Origin: Rubrivivax sp.
GTDB lineage: Bacteria; Pseudomonadota; Gammaproteobacteria; Burkholderiales; Burkholderiaceae_C
DNA: 64,000 nucleotides
NCBI GenBank assembly: GCA_044507405.1
Contig: JBIQJS010000005.1
Span: 4,450 to 68,449 of the forward strand
Direction of reading: 5' to 3'
Under the pieces are notes generated by a model. The model did no database searches, was not told where the DNA came from, and saw only the letters and a list, made by a program, of their open reading frames with translations. The first letter of the stretch is position 1. Each line of letters opens with the position of its first letter. Below are positions 60,014 through 64,000 of the stretch, in pieces. Both the position numbers and the translations under genes were made by a program.

Positions 60014-60035
60014 CGCGGCATTGTCGAGCCAGGGC

Positions 60036-60057
60036 TTGACCCTCCAGTGGCTTGAGG
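60036..60057 (+). promoter_or_regulatory. MerR-family promoter/operator remnant (-35 plus dyad)
   Basis: TTGACC -35 overlapping the imperfect inverted repeat CCTCCAG-tgg-CTTGAGG, the typical layout for metal-sensing MerR regulators. Confidence 0.6.
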
Positions 60058-60404
60058 AGGGTGGGCAGCGCCACGACGACGAGGCGACCGTGCGCCGGCT
60101 GAGCTTCATCCGCCGCTGCCGCGAGTTCGGTTTCTCGATCGACCAGGTGCGCGAACTCGCCAGCCTCGTCGATCAGCCCGAGCGCCCGTGTGCCGAGGTG
60201 CGCGACATCGCGGCCTCGCACCTTGCGCAAGTGCGAGGCCGCCTGGCCGAGCTTCAGGCGCTGGAAGCGGGCCTGAGCGCCTTCGTGTGCGAGTGCGAGG
60301 CCGCATGCGCCGGGGGGCCGGCGGTCGACTGCACCCTCCTCGAACGATTGGCCGTGTCGATCGGCGAAACACCACGGGCGAGCCGCCCGGGTTGCTGCGC
60401 CTGA
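60057..60404 (+). pseudogene. 5'-truncated MerR-family metal-responsive regulator lacking the N-terminal HTH
   Basis: GGQR...[26 protein letters not shown] and C..AC.GG..DC..L present; the IGELA...TIRYYE segment is absent. Confidence 0.72.
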
Positions 60405-60412
60405 CGCAGCGC

Positions 60413-60628
60413 TCAGCCTTGCCGGGGGCGCTTGAAGACGTAGTGCACGTGGCCGGTGTTGCCCATCGGCACGGTGGTCAGGCCGGCGAGCTCCCAGCCT
60501 TCCTGGCCCAGGTCATTGGCCAGGGCCTCGCCGCCGCGCTTGTCCTTGGGGTCGTGGCCCCAGGTGTAGGTGCTGCCACCGCTCGTGACGTACTGGCGGA
60601 TGTAGACCTTGTATTCCCATTGCTGCAT
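60413..60628 (-). CDS. DUF4177-like small protein
   Basis: WEYK...LGQEGWEL...YVFKRP pattern; RBS AGGAG. Confidence 0.78.
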   Translation of the reverse strand: MQQWEYKVYIRQYVTSGGSTYTWGHDPKDKRGGEALANDLGQEGWELAGLTTVPMGNTGHVHYVFKRPRQG

Positions 60629-60658
60629 CAGTCGCTCCTGTGGTGGATCAGCGTCGTC

Positions 60659-61102
60659 TCACGAGGGCCAGACCTCGGTCGAGAAGTAGGCCTCCAGACC
60701 GGGCTGCCGCGGGACCGGCTGGCCGTCGAGGACCCAGTAGCAGGTGAGGCGGGCATAGTTCTCGAGGTCCGTCCCGGTGAGGCAGGTCGCGTGTCGGCCC
60801 GAGCCCTCGAAGCGCACCACCAGGCGTTCGCCGGGGGAGGCGCGCTCGATGCGCCCGGGCCACGTCACGGTCGCACCGCCTTCGGTGCGTGTGAGGGTCA
60901 GCATGCCGTGGGCATAGGCGATGTCCGCCTGTGCGGCATACGTCGCCCCGCCCTCGGGCATGCGGCCGATGACGACATAGCGGCCGACGAGCATCTCGTA
61001 GTGGAACTCCGCGACCTCGGGCGCGCTCGCTGCGGCGGCCTGCCAGGCGGCCGCCGAAAGCCCGAGCGCCACGGCGAGCGCCGCGCGCACCCTGTGCTGC
61101 AC
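60659..61102 (-). CDS. Hypothetical exported beta-rich protein
   Basis: GTG start 8 nt after the glmS stop with GAGAGG RBS; signal peptide; one Cys pair. Confidence 0.65.
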   Translation of the reverse strand: MQHRVRAALAVALGLSAAAWQAAAASAPEVAEFHYEMLVGRYVVIGRMPEGGATYAAQADIAYAHGMLTLTRTEGGATVTWPGRIERASPGERLVVRFEGSGRHATCLTGTDLENYARLTCYWVLDGQPVPRQPGLEAYFSTEVWPS

Positions 61103-61110
61103 CGCGCCTC

Positions 61111-62982
<1,872 letters not shown>

Positions 62983-63117
62983 GGAGCTTCCTGAGGGTGG
63001 GAGGAGGGGCGATGGTAGGAAGCCGGGTCAGATGGATGCTTGCGAAATTCGGTGGCTGTAGAAATAATCTTGCATCAACTGTGAATGATGCACAAATCAT
63101 CCAATTTTGTAGGCGAC

Positions 63118-63630
63118 ATGAATGAATCTTCCAGCGTTCGCCTCGACGACACCGACTTGAGGGTGCTGGAGATCCTCCAGCGCGACGCGGCCCTCTCCAA
63201 CCAGGATCTCGCCACGGCCGCGCACACCTCGCCGGCCACCTGCCTGCGCCGCGTGCGCCGGCTGGAGGCGGCCGGCGTGATCGAGCGCCGCGTGGCCATC
63301 CTCTCCAGCGAGCGCCTGGGCGCCGGGCTTACCGTGCTGGCGGAGGTGACGCTCGACCGCCAGGGCGCCGAGCATCTGGCCGCCTTCGAGGCGCGGGCCG
63401 TGGCCGATCCGGCCGTGCAGCAGTGCTACCGCGTCTCGCCGGGGCCGGATTTCATGCTGGTGATGCAGGTGCCCGACATGCCGGGCTACCACGCACTGGT
63501 GCAGCGCCTCTTCACGCAGGACGCCAACGTGCGCAACGTGAAGGCCTTCTTCAGCGTGCACCGGGCGAAGTTCGAGCCCGCGATCACCCTGCCGCGGCCC
63601 GGTGCGCGCGGCGACGCTACGGCGTCCTGA
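63118..63630 (+). CDS. Lrp/AsnC-family transcriptional regulator
   Basis: LDDTDLRVLEILQRDA...SPATCLRRVRRLE HTH; CYRVS..PDF; divergent from glmS. Confidence 0.92.
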   Translation: MNESSSVRLDDTDLRVLEILQRDAALSNQDLATAAHTSPATCLRRVRRLEAAGVIERRVAILSSERLGAGLTVLAEVTLDRQGAEHLAAFEARAVADPAVQQCYRVSPGPDFMLVMQVPDMPGYHALVQRLFTQDANVRNVKAFFSVHRAKFEPAITLPRPGARGDATAS

Positions 63631-64000
63631 TCACGACCAGCCCCTTGAGGTAGTCGCCTTCGGGAAAGGTCACGGTCATCGGGTGATCGGGCGCCGCCGC
63701 CGTGCGGGCGTAGACGAAACCATCGACGTTCGCATCCAGCCCGGCGCCGGCCACGATCTTGTGGAAGAGGTCGGGCGAGATGCCGCCCGAGCACGAATAC
63801 GTGAAGAGCGCGCCGCCGGGGGCGAGCAGCTGGAAGGCGAGGCGGTTGATGTCCTTGTAGGCGCGCGCAGCCCGCTCGGCGTGGCTCACGGTGGGGGCGA
63901 ACTTGGGCGGGTCCAGCACGATGGCATCAAAGCGCTCGCCGCGCCGGAGCAGGTCGCGCAGGGTGTGGTTCACGTCGGCATCGAGCGTGGTGTGGCGAGA
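63617..64000 (-). CDS. rlmI: 23S rRNA m5C1962 methyltransferase RlmI-like, C-terminal part
   Basis: FDAIVLDPPKFA, FTYSCSG, DHP and PEGDYLKGL motifs; runs off the window end. Confidence 0.88.
   Translation of the reverse strand, partial: SRHTTLDADVNHTLRDLLRRGERFDAIVLDPPKFAPTVSHAERAARAYKDINRLAFQLLAPGGALFTYSCSGGISPDLFHKIVAGAGLDANVDGFVYARTAAAPDHPMTVTFPEGDYLKGLVVIRTP

Noticed and set aside
45630..61102. Accessory region as a prophage, ICE or defence island
   Set aside because: No integrase, transposase, tRNA attachment site, phage gene or recognisable defence domain; composition looks broadly host-like.
62983..63117. glmS ribozyme upstream of glmS
   Set aside because: The region is short and AT-rich and looks like a divergent promoter shared with the Lrp gene; I see no ribozyme core, and the element is mainly Gram-positive.

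Overview
GC-rich (roughly 70% by eye) chromosomal DNA from a betaproteobacterium. Gene content and order suggest Burkholderiales, probably the Rubrivivax/Piscinibacter group (inference). Bases 1-45600 are mostly conserved housekeeping genes: secD/secF, DUF1631, smg-dprA-tsaP, def-fmt, htpX, azlCD, pgk, pyk, fba, purC, cnoX/ybbN, purEK, sua5, dacB, tsaB-rimI-udg, a PAS-GGDEF-EAL protein, glmU, ttcA, folB, cca, slt and a 5-formyl-THF cyclo-ligase. Several uncharacterised genes are interspersed. Bases 45600-61100 form a patchier accessory region: LysR/DUF2917, TfoX, DUF4256, an MBL hydrolase, an atypical pyrF, an infA2-csp cold-shock module, a glutaredoxin, an esterase, a second 5-formyl-THF cyclo-ligase, two ferritin-like proteins, an S9 peptidase, LpxR, YnfA and a truncated MerR gene. 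The window ends with glmS, an Lrp regulator and a partial rlmI. I found no rRNA, tRNA, CRISPR array, transposase, integrase or phage gene. The best candidate for an undescribed system is 54159-58570, where three sigma-54-type GG-N10-GC motifs point to a ferritin-like gene pair, an S9 peptidase and a Gln/Gly/Asn-rich microprotein nested in frame at the peptidase 3' end. All family assignments come from motif recognition and recalled gene order; no database search was run.
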